From contig JALTZY010000194.1 in assembly GCA_027045905.1 (NCBI GenBank), positions 1 through 46,672 on the forward strand: DNA of 46,672 bases, read 5' to 3'. Shown one piece after another: positions 38,711-46,672 of this stretch (position 1 is its first letter; the number at the start of each line of letters is the position of its first letter). The notes beneath the pieces are model-generated. The model was not told the origin of the DNA, did no database searches, and saw only the letters and a list, made by a program, of their open reading frames with translations. A program made the position numbers and the translations under genes. This DNA is from Paracoccaceae bacterium (GTDB lineage Bacteria; Pseudomonadota; Alphaproteobacteria; Rhodobacterales; Rhodobacteraceae).

Positions 38711-39091
38711 ATGACTTCCTATCGCACCCCCCGCGCCCGGGTTGCCGGGCTGGGCAGCGCCCGCAGCGGCACCGGACATTTCTGGGAGCAGCGCATTACC
38801 GCGGTGGCGCTCCTGTTTCTGACACCGGCCTTCGTGATCACCTTTGCCCGCAACCTCGGAGGAGGCTTCGAGGAGGTGCGCGCCACCTATGCCAACCCGT
38901 CCAACGCGCTGGTCGCCCTGGCCTTCGTGATCACCGCTTTCCTGCACCTGTTTCAGGGCCTGACGGTGATCGTCGAGGATTATGTGCACGGACGCAAGGG
39001 CACCTTCCTGATCATCGCGATCCGCCTGCTGACAGCCCTGTTCGCACTGACCGGCATCTTCGCCATCCTGAAAATCGCCCTTGGCGCCTGA
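38711..39091 (+). CDS. sdhD: succinate dehydrogenase hydrophobic membrane anchor subunit
   Basis: The product begins [32 protein letters not shown], has three TM segments, and sits between sdhC and sdhA. Confidence 0.88.
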   Translation: MTSYRTPRARVAGLGSARSGTGHFWEQRITAVALLFLTPAFVITFARNLGGGFEEVRATYANPSNALVALAFVITAFLHLFQGLTVIVEDYVHGRKGTFLIIAIRLLTALFALTGIFAILKIALGA

Positions 39092-39101
39092 GAGGTTCGA
39101 C

Positions 39102-40904
39102 ATGGCAGCTTACGAAGTGGAAACGCACAATTATGACGTGGTGGTGGTGGGCGCCGGCGGCGCGGGTCTGCGCGCCACCCTGGGCATGGCCGAACAGGGC
39201 CTGCGCACGGCCTGTGTGACCAAGGTCTTTCCCACCCGCAGCCACACGGTCGCCGCCCAGGGCGGCATCGCCGCATCCCTGGGCAACATGGGGCCGGATC
39301 ACTGGCAGTGGCACATGTATGACACGATCAAGGGCTCGGACTGGCTGGGCGACATGGACGCCATGGAGTACCTTGCCCGCGAGGCCCCCCAGGCTGTGAT
39401 CGAGCTCGAACATTACGGCGTGCCGTTCTCGCGCACCGAAGAGGGCAAGATCTACCAGCGCCCCTTTGGCGGTCATACCACCGAATTCGGCGAAGGCCCG
39501 CCCGTGCAGCGCACCTGCGCCGCGGCCGACCGCACCGGGCATGCCATGCTGCATACGCTCTATGGCCAGAGCCTGAAACAGCGCGCCGAATTCTTCATCG
39601 AGTATTTCGCGCTCGACCTGATCATGGACGACGGGGCCTGCACCGGCATCATGGCCTGGAAGCTCGACGACGGCACGCTGCACCGCTTCAATGCCAAGCT
39701 CGTGGTGCTGGCCACCGGCGGCTACGGGCGGGCCTATTTCAACTGCACTTCGGCGCATACCTGCACCGGCGACGGGGCCGGCATGGTGGCGCGCGCGGGG
39801 CTGGCGCTGCAGGACATGGAATTCGTGCAGTTCCATCCCACCGGCATCTTCGGCCCGGGCATGCTGATCACCGAGGGTGCGCGTGGCGAAGGGGGCTACC
39901 TGACCAATTCGGAAGGCGAGCGCTTCATGGAGCGCTATGCGCCGACCTACAAGGACCTGGCCTCGCGCGACGTGGTCAGCCGCTGCATGACGCTGGAGAT
40001 CCGCGAGGGCCGCGGGGTCGGACCGAACAAGGACCATATCCATCTGAATCTCAGCCACCTGCCGCCCGAGGTGCTGGCCGAGCGCCTGCCCGGCATCTCC
40101 GAAAGCGCGAAGATCTTCGCCGGGGTGGACGTGACCCGCGAGCCGATCCCGGTGCTGCCCACGGTGCATTACAACATGGGCGGCATCCCGACCAATTACC
40201 GGGGCGAGGTGCTCGACCCCACCGAAGACGACCCAAACCGCGTCGTGCCCGGCCTGATGGCGGTGGGCGAAGCCGGCTGCGCCAGCGTTCACGGTGCCAA
40301 CCGGCTGGGTTCCAACAGCCTGATCGACTTGGTCGTTCTGGGCCGCGCCGCCTCGATTCGCGCGGGCGAGGTGGTGGACCGGCGGGGCGCGGTGCCACAG
40401 GCGCCGCGAGCACGGATCGACAGGATCATCGCCCGCTTCGACGCGATCCGCCACGCCGACGGCGCGGTGCCCACCGCCGAATTGCGGCTGGAGATGCAAA
40501 AGACCATGCAGGACGACGCCGCCGTTTTCCGCACCGAGGAAACGCTGGCCGAGGGTGTCGAAAAGATGACCGCGATCGCCGCCCGGCTCGACGATCTGCA
40601 CGTCACCGACCGCTCGCTGCACTGGAACACCGACCTGATGGAGACGCTGGAGCTGACCAATCTGATGCCCAATGCGCTGGCCACCATCAACGGCGCGCTC
40701 GCCCGCCGCGAAAGCCGCGGGGCGCATGCGCGCGAAGACTATCCAGAGCGCGACGACAAGAACTGGCGCAAGCACACGATCGCCCGCGTTGACGGCACCA
40801 GGGTCACCCTGAGCTACCGCCCGGTGGTGACCGAGCCGCTGACGCCGCCCGAAGCGGGCGGGATCGACCCGGAGAAGATCCAGCCGAAGAAGCGCGTCTA
40901 TTGA
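39102..40904 (+). CDS. sdhA: succinate dehydrogenase flavoprotein subunit
   Basis: It contains [14 protein letters not shown], the covalent-FAD region [11 protein letters not shown], and [11 protein letters not shown]. Confidence 0.95.
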   Translation: MAAYEVETHNYDVVVVGAGGAGLRATLGMAEQGLRTACVTKVFPTRSHTVAAQGGIAASLGNMGPDHWQWHMYDTIKGSDWLGDMDAMEYLAREAPQAVIELEHYGVPFSRTEEGKIYQRPFGGHTTEFGEGPPVQRTCAAADRTGHAMLHTLYGQSLKQRAEFFIEYFALDLIMDDGACTGIMAWKLDDGTLHRFNAKLVVLATGGYGRAYFNCTSAHTCTGDGAGMVARAGLALQDMEFVQFHPTGIFGPGMLITEGARGEGGYLTNSEGERFMERYAPTYKDLASRDVVSRCMTLEIREGRGVGPNKDHIHLNLSHLPPEVLAERLPGISESAKIFAGVDVTREPIPVLPTVHYNMGGIPTNYRGEVLDPTEDDPNRVVPGLMAVGEAGCASVHGANRLGSNSLIDLVVLGRAASIRAGEVVDRRGAVPQAPRARIDRIIARFDAIRHADGAVPTAELRLEMQKTMQDDAAVFRTEETLAEGVEKMTAIAARLDDLHVTDRSLHWNTDLMETLELTNLMPNALATINGALARRESRGAHAREDYPERDDKNWRKHTIARVDGTRVTLSYRPVVTEPLTPPEAGGIDPEKIQPKKRVY

Positions 40905-40916
40905 GGAGAGAAGCAG

Positions 40917-41696
40917 ATGGTTGAACTCGCACTCCCGAAAAACAGCCGCATCCGGGTCGGCAAGACCTGGCCCAGACCGGAAGGCGCCACCAATCTGCGC
41001 AAGTTCCTGATCTATCGCTGGGTGCCGGAGGATGGCGAGAATCCGCGCATCGACACCTATTTCGTCGATACCGACGATTGCGGCCCGATGGTGCTGGACG
41101 CGCTGATCTGGATCAAGACCCATATCGACCCAAGCCTTGCCTTCCGCCGCTCGTGCCGCGAGGGGATCTGCGGGTCGTGCGCGATGAATATCGACGGGCA
41201 GAACCATCTCGCCTGCATTTTCGGCATGGACGAGGTCAAGGGCGATATCAGGATCTACCCCCTGCCCCATACCGAGGTGGTGCGCGACCTGATCCCGGAC
41301 CTCACCCATTTCTACGCCCAGCATGCCTCGATCCGCCCCTGGCTCGAGACGAGCAGCCCGGCGCCCGAGCGCGAATGGCGTCAGTCGATCGAGGATCGGG
41401 CGAAGCTCGACGGCCTCTACGAATGCGTCATGTGCGCCTCCTGCTCGACCTCGTGCCCCAGCTACTGGTGGAATTCCGACCGCTATCTCGGCCCTGCCGC
41501 GCTGCTCGCGGCCGAACGCTGGCTCGAGGACTCGCGCGACGAGGCCACCGGCGAGCGGCTCGACGAGCTCGAGGATCCGTTCCGGGTCTATCGCTGCCAC
41601 ACGATCATGAACTGCACCCAGACCTGCCCCAAGGGGCTGAACCCGGCCAAGGCAATCGCCGAGATCAAGAAGAAGCTGGTGGCGCGAGTCGTCTAG
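40917..41696 (+). CDS. sdhB: succinate dehydrogenase iron-sulfur subunit
   Basis: It has the three Cys clusters [27 protein letters not shown] and [17 protein letters not shown]. Confidence 0.95.
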   Translation: MVELALPKNSRIRVGKTWPRPEGATNLRKFLIYRWVPEDGENPRIDTYFVDTDDCGPMVLDALIWIKTHIDPSLAFRRSCREGICGSCAMNIDGQNHLACIFGMDEVKGDIRIYPLPHTEVVRDLIPDLTHFYAQHASIRPWLETSSPAPEREWRQSIEDRAKLDGLYECVMCASCSTSCPSYWWNSDRYLGPAALLAAERWLEDSRDEATGERLDELEDPFRVYRCHTIMNCTQTCPKGLNPAKAIAEIKKKLVARVV

Positions 41697-41957
41697 CCCC
41701 AGGATCCATCAACCCCGCGCTCAGAGCGACTTGAGGCGCGAAATATCAGGTTTTTTGCCCGCCGGACAGGGTGGCCCTCCTTTCCAAGGGCAAAAGACCC
41801 CTGAGATGAAGTGCCTGCGCCGCCCTGCGGGCCCGGCGGATTTGCTCCCTGAATGCGTCGCAAGAGATTGAAAATAGCACCACTATTACTGCGGTCTTGC
41901 GCCTGTTCAGGAAACAAATCCGCTGGACTGTGAACGTGGGATTGATGAGTCCTGAGC

Positions 41958-42119
41958 CTAATCTTCAGGCGGCCTGTCGTCCCAGCGGTCCGACAGGATG
42001 CGGTTGGCGTCACCCTCGGGGTCATCGTACTGATTGCTGCGCAGGGTCCAGAGAAACATGACAAGGCCGAAGCCGCCGAGGAGGAGCGAAGCGGGAATCA
42101 GGTATATCAGCACGTTCAC
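41958..42119 (-). CDS. ccoS: cbb3-type cytochrome oxidase assembly protein CcoS/FixS (53 aa, not in the ORF track)
   Basis: My manual translation from GTG 42119 is VNVLIYLIPASLLLGGFGLVMFLWTLRSNQYDDPEGDANRILSDRWDDRPPED, ending at TAG. The GTG overlaps the ccoI stop (GTGA). Confidence 0.75.
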   Translation of the reverse strand: MNVLIYLIPASLLLGGFGLVMFLWTLRSNQYDDPEGDANRILSDRWDDRPPED

Positions 42120-44317
42120 GAGCGTTTCTCCCAGATCAGGCGCAGGGAATTGAGCGATACGGTTATGGAGGAGAACGACATTGCCAGGGCCGCGGCCAGC
42201 GGGGTGGCAAAGCCCGCCACCGCCAGCGGTACGGCAACGATGTTGTAAAAGGTCGCTATGCTGAAGTTTTCGCGGATCCGGCGGGTAGCATTGCGGGCCA
42301 GTTCCACCGCATCGCCCAAAGGCGCGAGAGAGGTGCCGAGAAGCACCATGTCGGAGACCACCCGGGTAGCTTCGAGCGCCGAAGCGGGCGAGATCGAGAC
42401 ATGTGCCGCGGCCAGGGCGGCGGTGTCATTGAGCCCGTCACCCACCATCAGGACACGCTCGCCGACCGCTCCCATGTCGGCGACCATGCGGGCCTTGTCC
42501 TCGGGCAGGACGCCCGCATGCCAGTCGTCGATCCCCAGTTCGCGGGCGATGGCCTCCACCGCGCCGGGCGCATCGCCCGACAGCAGGGTGACCCCCAGCC
42601 CCTGCGCCTTGAGCGCGGCGACAGCCTCGCCGGCGCCCGGGCGCAGCGCATCGGTGAAGGTAAAGGCCAGGCACCGTTCGCCGACGGAAAGAAAGGTGGC
42701 GGTGCGGGTTTCAGGCGTGGCGCCGACCCATTCGGCCCGGCCCAGACGTACCCGCCGGCCCTGCCAGACAGCCTCGATGCCGTGGCCCGGGCGCTCGCGC
42801 ATGTCGCTGATATCGGCGGGCGTCACGCCCAGTTCGCGCGCCGCGCCGGCAAGGGCTGCCGCCAGCGGATGAGCCGAGCCCTCGGCCAGAGCCAGGGCCA
42901 GGGCCAGGTCTTCGCGCGCCACATGATCCAGGTTGTCCGGGCGCAGCTTGCCCTCGGTGAGGGTGCCGGTCTTGTCAAAAACCACATGAGTGGCTTCGGC
43001 GAGCCGCTCGATCGCCGTAGCGCTTTTCAGCAGCATCCCCTGCCGGTAGAGCCGTCCGGAAGCCGCCGTGGTGACAGCGGGGACCGCGAGACCCAGGGCA
43101 CAGGGGCAGGTGATGATCAGAACCGCCACGGCGATCCCTACGGACAGGCGCAGGTCTCCGCCGGAATACCAATACCAGAACAGCCCCGCCAGAACCGCCA
43201 GGATATGCACCAGCGGCGCATAGAGCCCGGCGGCCTTGTCCGCCAGAGAAGTATAGCGGTTGCGGGCATTTTCGGAGAGGGCCACCAGTTCGGCCAGGCG
43301 GTGCAGGCTGGTGTCGCCGCCGGCGGAAGTCACGCGCACCACCAGCGGGCCGGTGAGATTCACCTCGCCGGCACTTACCCGGCTGTCGGGTCCGGCAAAT
43401 ACGGGATCGCTTTCGCCGGTAAGCAGGGCACTGTCGAGCTCGCTTTCGCCCTCCACCACCACGCCATCGACCGGCACCCTCGCGCCGGGCACGACCCGCA
43501 CCCGGTCGCCGGGCAGAAGTTCGGCCACCGGCACCGTTTCCTCGCCCTCCTCCGTCAGCCTTGTCGCCCGCGGCACTTCCAGTGCCGCCAGTTCCTCGGC
43601 CGCGGACCGCGCGATGGAGCGGGTGCGATGGTCAAGGTAACGTCCGGCGAGCAGGAAAAATGTGAGCGAAAGGGCAGCGTCGAAATAGGCGTGCTTGCCC
43701 GACTGGCCGGTTTCATAGAGCGACAGGCCGACTGCGAGCAGGATCGCCAGGGAAATCGGCACGTCCATGTTCAGCCGCCCGGCGCGCAGTGCGCTCCAGG
43801 CCGAGGTGAAGAATATCTGAGCGGAGAAGGCAATGGCCGGCAGGGTGATCGCCGCCGAAATCCAGTGGAACAGGTCGCGGGTGGCATCCGTGGCACCGGA
43901 CCAGACCGAAATCGACAGCAGCATGACATTCATCATGGCAAAGCCGGACACCCCCAGGCGCATCAGCAGATCGCGTCCGCGCCGGTCGAGACCCTGGGCG
44001 GTGATCTGAGAGGGGTCCAGCTCGTAGGCCTCATAGCCCAGAGAGGTGAGATACTCGGCCAGCGCCTGCGCATCGGTGCCCGGGTCCGCGTCGATGGTGG
44101 CGCGTTTCAGGGTCAGGTTGACCCGCGCCTGGCGCACCCCCGGCTGGCGGGAAAGCCCCGCCTCGACCCCGGCAATGCAGGCGGCGCAATGGATGCCGGG
44201 CAGCGACAGGATGATGCGCCGGGCCTCGCGCCCGTCGCCCTTGTAGGTCCCGCCTGCCGTTTCCTCGGCCAGCGGCGCGGCGGTACAGGCCGGACAGGCT
44301 GAAACCGGCGCCGCCAT
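42116..44317 (-). CDS. ccoI: copper-translocating P1B-type ATPase CcoI/FixI
   Basis: It has an N-terminal HMA domain with CAAC, the transmembrane CPC motif (ITCPCALG), the phosphorylation site DKTGTLT and the hinge GDGLND. Confidence 0.92.
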   Translation of the reverse strand: MAAPVSACPACTAAPLAEETAGGTYKGDGREARRIILSLPGIHCAACIAGVEAGLSRQPGVRQARVNLTLKRATIDADPGTDAQALAEYLTSLGYEAYELDPSQITAQGLDRRGRDLLMRLGVSGFAMMNVMLLSISVWSGATDATRDLFHWISAAITLPAIAFSAQIFFTSAWSALRAGRLNMDVPISLAILLAVGLSLYETGQSGKHAYFDAALSLTFFLLAGRYLDHRTRSIARSAAEELAALEVPRATRLTEEGEETVPVAELLPGDRVRVVPGARVPVDGVVVEGESELDSALLTGESDPVFAGPDSRVSAGEVNLTGPLVVRVTSAGGDTSLHRLAELVALSENARNRYTSLADKAAGLYAPLVHILAVLAGLFWYWYSGGDLRLSVGIAVAVLIITCPCALGLAVPAVTTAASGRLYRQGMLLKSATAIERLAEATHVVFDKTGTLTEGKLRPDNLDHVAREDLALALALAEGSAHPLAAALAGAARELGVTPADISDMRERPGHGIEAVWQGRRVRLGRAEWVGATPETRTATFLSVGERCLAFTFTDALRPGAGEAVAALKAQGLGVTLLSGDAPGAVEAIARELGIDDWHAGVLPEDKARMVADMGAVGERVLMVGDGLNDTAALAAAHVSISPASALEATRVVSDMVLLGTSLAPLGDAVELARNATRRIRENFSIATFYNIVAVPLAVAGFATPLAAALAMSFSSITVSLNSLRLIWEKRS

Positions 44318-44319
44318 GG

Positions 44320-44823
44320 CTATTGCTCCGAGATATATATCTGCAGGCGCTGCTGGAACAGCGTGCCGTCAGCCGCATATGCCTTGAGGCGCAGGTACCA
44401 CTTTCCCGGGTTGAGCGGAGTGATGGGGGCCAGGTAATAGCCCTGGGGCATGCGCTCGAAGGCCAGTTCCTGGTCCTCGTCGCGCTCGGTGGGCCGCCCG
44501 ATGCTGGCCTCGATCGAAGCGATTTTTTCGGCGGCGACGAAGCCGCCCTCCCGGTCGGTGAAGTCGAGGCGCAGGCGCTCCGGCCCGTCGAGCCCGGCAA
44601 TCGCGGTCCAGCCCAGCGCCAGCTGCGCGGCGCGATTGGCGTCGAACTGCTGGCTGGCGACATAACCATTCCTGACTTCGAGCCCGGAGAAGGTGCCGAT
44701 CGCCTTGATCGCCATGAACAGGTTGACTCCGATGATGACCGCAAAGAAGCTCAGGGTGACGATGAGCATGTGCCGCCCGGTGAACTCCCGCTCTCTCTTC
44801 CGGCGCGAAGCTTGCTCTGTCAT
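44320..44823 (-). CDS. ccoH: FixH/CcoH family protein
   Basis: The N-terminus reads REFTGRHMLIVTLSFFAVIIGVNLFMA. The gene sits between ccoG and ccoI and overlaps the ccoG stop. Confidence 0.85.
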   Translation of the reverse strand: MTEQASRRKREREFTGRHMLIVTLSFFAVIIGVNLFMAIKAIGTFSGLEVRNGYVASQQFDANRAAQLALGWTAIAGLDGPERLRLDFTDREGGFVAAEKIASIEASIGRPTERDEDQELAFERMPQGYYLAPITPLNPGKWYLRLKAYAADGTLFQQRLQIYISEQ

Positions 44824-46244
44824 GGTGAGTCACCCTTCCCGTTGAACACCGTATCCTTGAAGGCGCGGTCTCCGGATTCGCCATCCGTCACCCAGATGCG
44901 CACCTCGGTACGATCACGCATGGCTTCGGGCGAGCCGGCCGGCGCGATCAGGTAGAGACGCTGCTTATACTCGGAATCCGCCGGCGCGACAACGGAAACC
45001 CCCTCCTCTCCCTCCAGGCGGATGGTCAGGTTCGTCTCCTCTCCCAGGGAGAAATAGAAGGGGCGGTCGGTTCCGTGCTTGTTGCGAATGCCCACATCGT
45101 AGGTGTTGCGCACCGAGCCATCGGACAGAACCACATAGGTCGGATTGCGCACCGGACGCACGGTCAGGTCAATCGCCGGACGAATGAACAACGCCACCAG
45201 CAGGGCAATACCCACGCCGCCCCACAGCACCGTATAGAGGATGGTGCGCGGGCGGAAAATATGCCTGGTCACCGGCAGATGCTCCTTGCCTGCGCGCTCC
45301 AGCGGCTCGTCCTTGAGGGCAATGTAGCCGATCAGCCCGGTCGGCTTGCCGACCTTGGTCATCATCTCGTCGCAGGCATCAATGCACAGGCCGCAGGTGA
45401 TGCACTCCAGTTGCTGGCCGTCGCGGATATCGATCCCCATCGGACAGACATTCACGCAGGCATTGCAGTCGATGCAATCGCCCAGACCTTCACGCTTCTT
45501 TCCCTTGCCGCGGGGTTCTCCGCGCCATTCCCGGTAGCCGATGGTGATGGTATCCTCGTCCATCATCGCCGCCTGGATACGCGGCCAGGGGCAGGCATAG
45601 ATGCAGATCTGCTCGCGCGCGACCCCACCGAAGAAGAAGGTCGTGGCGGTAAGAGTCGCCATGGTCAGATAGGCAATCGGGTGCGCTTGACCCGTAACCA
45701 AGTCCTTGAGCAGGGTCGGCGCATCGGCGAAGTAGAATATCCAGGCCCCGCCGGTGGCAAGCCCGATCAGCAGCCAGACGACCCACTTGAACAGGCGCAA
45801 GCGCCACTTGCGCGCGTCCCATTTCGACTTCCACAGGCGGATGCGTGCATTGCGATCGCCCTCGATCCAGCGCTCGGTAAGGATGAACAGGTCGGTCCAC
45901 ACCGTCTGCGGGCAGGCATAGCCGCACCAGACCCGCCCCAGCGCCGAGGTGAACAGGAACAGGCCGAGGCCGGCCATGATCAGCAGCCCGGCGATGAAAT
46001 AGAACTCATGCGGCCATATCTCGATCCAGAAGAAGAAAAAGCGGCGATTTGCAAGGTCGATCAGGACCGCCTGGTCGGGCAGGTTCGGCCCCCGGTCCCA
46101 GCGGATCCAGGGCGTCAGGTAATAGATGCCCAGAGTAACGGCCATGATGATCCATTTCAGAGAGCGAAACTTGCCCCTGACACGGCGAGGAAAGACGGGT
46201 TCGCGCGGAGCGTAGAGTTTGCCGGTGGATTCATCATTGGCCAT
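44820..46244 (-). CDS. ccoG: cytochrome c oxidase accessory protein CcoG/FixG (polyferredoxin)
   Basis: It has the Cys clusters CGYACPQ, CIYACPW, CIDCNACVNVCP and CITCGLCIDACD. The start is set at ATG 46244 (MANDESTGKLYAPREPVFPR). Confidence 0.9.
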   Translation of the reverse strand: MANDESTGKLYAPREPVFPRRVRGKFRSLKWIIMAVTLGIYYLTPWIRWDRGPNLPDQAVLIDLANRRFFFFWIEIWPHEFYFIAGLLIMAGLGLFLFTSALGRVWCGYACPQTVWTDLFILTERWIEGDRNARIRLWKSKWDARKWRLRLFKWVVWLLIGLATGGAWIFYFADAPTLLKDLVTGQAHPIAYLTMATLTATTFFFGGVAREQICIYACPWPRIQAAMMDEDTITIGYREWRGEPRGKGKKREGLGDCIDCNACVNVCPMGIDIRDGQQLECITCGLCIDACDEMMTKVGKPTGLIGYIALKDEPLERAGKEHLPVTRHIFRPRTILYTVLWGGVGIALLVALFIRPAIDLTVRPVRNPTYVVLSDGSVRNTYDVGIRNKHGTDRPFYFSLGEETNLTIRLEGEEGVSVVAPADSEYKQRLYLIAPAGSPEAMRDRTEVRIWVTDGESGDRAFKDTVFNGKGDSP

Positions 46245-46306
46245 TGGTCGATCCGATCCTGTGTTTCGCGTGGGCCCCCATATAGGGACCACAGGTTTCG
46301 CAATCC

Positions 46307-46320
46307 TTGACGTGGATCAA
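46307..46320. promoter_or_regulatory. FNR/FixK-type box TTGAC-GTGG-ATCAA upstream of ccoG
   Basis: It matches the TTGAT-N4-ATCAA consensus at 9 of 10 positions. It is centred about 70 nt upstream of the ccoG ATG. Confidence 0.6.
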
Positions 46321-46627
46321 TAGATATCCTGACCTCTCGCATATGAGCCCGTCCGCCCGGGAATTCACCGCGACAAACCGGCGCGGCAAGCCCCGGATAC
46401 GCCGGCAAGACATCCCGGACCTCTGCGGTCGGCTGCTCCGCAATCCCGCCGGGTCCTGCCCCGGACACCCCCGCTCCGAAAGCGCCGCAGACGACGAAGC
46501 GGCGCGGCCTGCACCGCACCGCCCCTATACTATAAGAGCGGCACCGACCCCGGAGAAACGCGCGAACAGGATCAAGGGTCGGTGCCTGCCGGGGAGTGAG
46601 GCCCCGGGTCTCGTCTAGCTGACCGGC

Positions 46628-46672
46628 CTATTCGCCACCGCCCAGCTGGTGTACATAAGCCGTCACCGCAGA
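46628..46672 (-). CDS. 3' end of a gene truncated by the window edge, probably ccoP (cbb3 oxidase diheme subunit)
   Basis: The minus-strand reading is ...SAVTAYVHQLGGGE followed by TAG. The call rests on this C-terminal flavour and on the position upstream of ccoGHIS. Only 14 codons are visible. Confidence 0.4.
   Translation of the reverse strand, partial: SAVTAYVHQLGGGE

Noticed and set aside
39012-41600. An 862-aa minus-strand ORF opposite sdhA/sdhB.
   Set aside because: It is a shadow ORF antisense to unmistakable sdhA and sdhB, with no recognisable motifs.
42401-44302. A 633-aa plus-strand ORF opposite ccoI.
   Set aside because: It is a shadow ORF antisense to a P-type ATPase that has all the canonical motifs.

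Overview
This is a visibly high-GC alphaproteobacterial chromosome segment, most likely Rhodobacterales. The gene order mdh-sucC-sucD-sucA-sucB-lpdA (minus strand), CitE-like mcl2 / DUF1737 / MaoC-like mch, sdhCDAB (plus strand) and ccoGHIS matches the layout I remember for Rhodobacter sphaeroides. About 45 protein genes are supportable. I saw no rRNA, tRNA, CRISPR, IS, integrase or prophage signal. The left part holds an M23 peptidase, clpA, gloB, an FMN reductase, deoD, a TMADH-like flavoprotein, a DAO-family oxidase and a DASS/TrkA-C transporter. The middle holds an hsp20 + DUF1150 pair (sigma-32-type promoter, ROSE-like leader), a DUF465 gene and purEK. The clear outlier is an eight-gene, co-directional, translationally coupled cluster at 12061-19284. 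It encodes a long coiled-coil protein, a 56-aa two-TM peptide absent from the ORF track, a 379-aa orphan protein, and a 646-aa classical AAA+ ATPase with an IDDID Walker B. It also encodes three more small membrane proteins (one DUF1523-like) and a 470-aa orphan protein. I cannot assign it to any described system, so it is my best candidate for a novel membrane-associated AAA+ machine. There are five non-coding highlights. (i) A palindromic GTGATCAC motif is paired at 20-21 bp spacing about 120-145 nt upstream of sdhC and sucC and occurs once upstream of lpdA, making it a candidate TCA-cycle operator. (ii) A modular REP-like repeat (hairpin + CCGGAGTATT-N4-GAAAGATGAAAGG tail) has four copies, two of which partition the novel cluster. 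(iii) An A/T-cored palindrome family sits just after three minus-strand stop codons. (iv) sucB carries a tandem lipoyl-domain duplication. (v) An FNR/FixK box lies upstream of ccoG. Many long ORFs in the track are antisense GC-shadow ORFs and were rejected.
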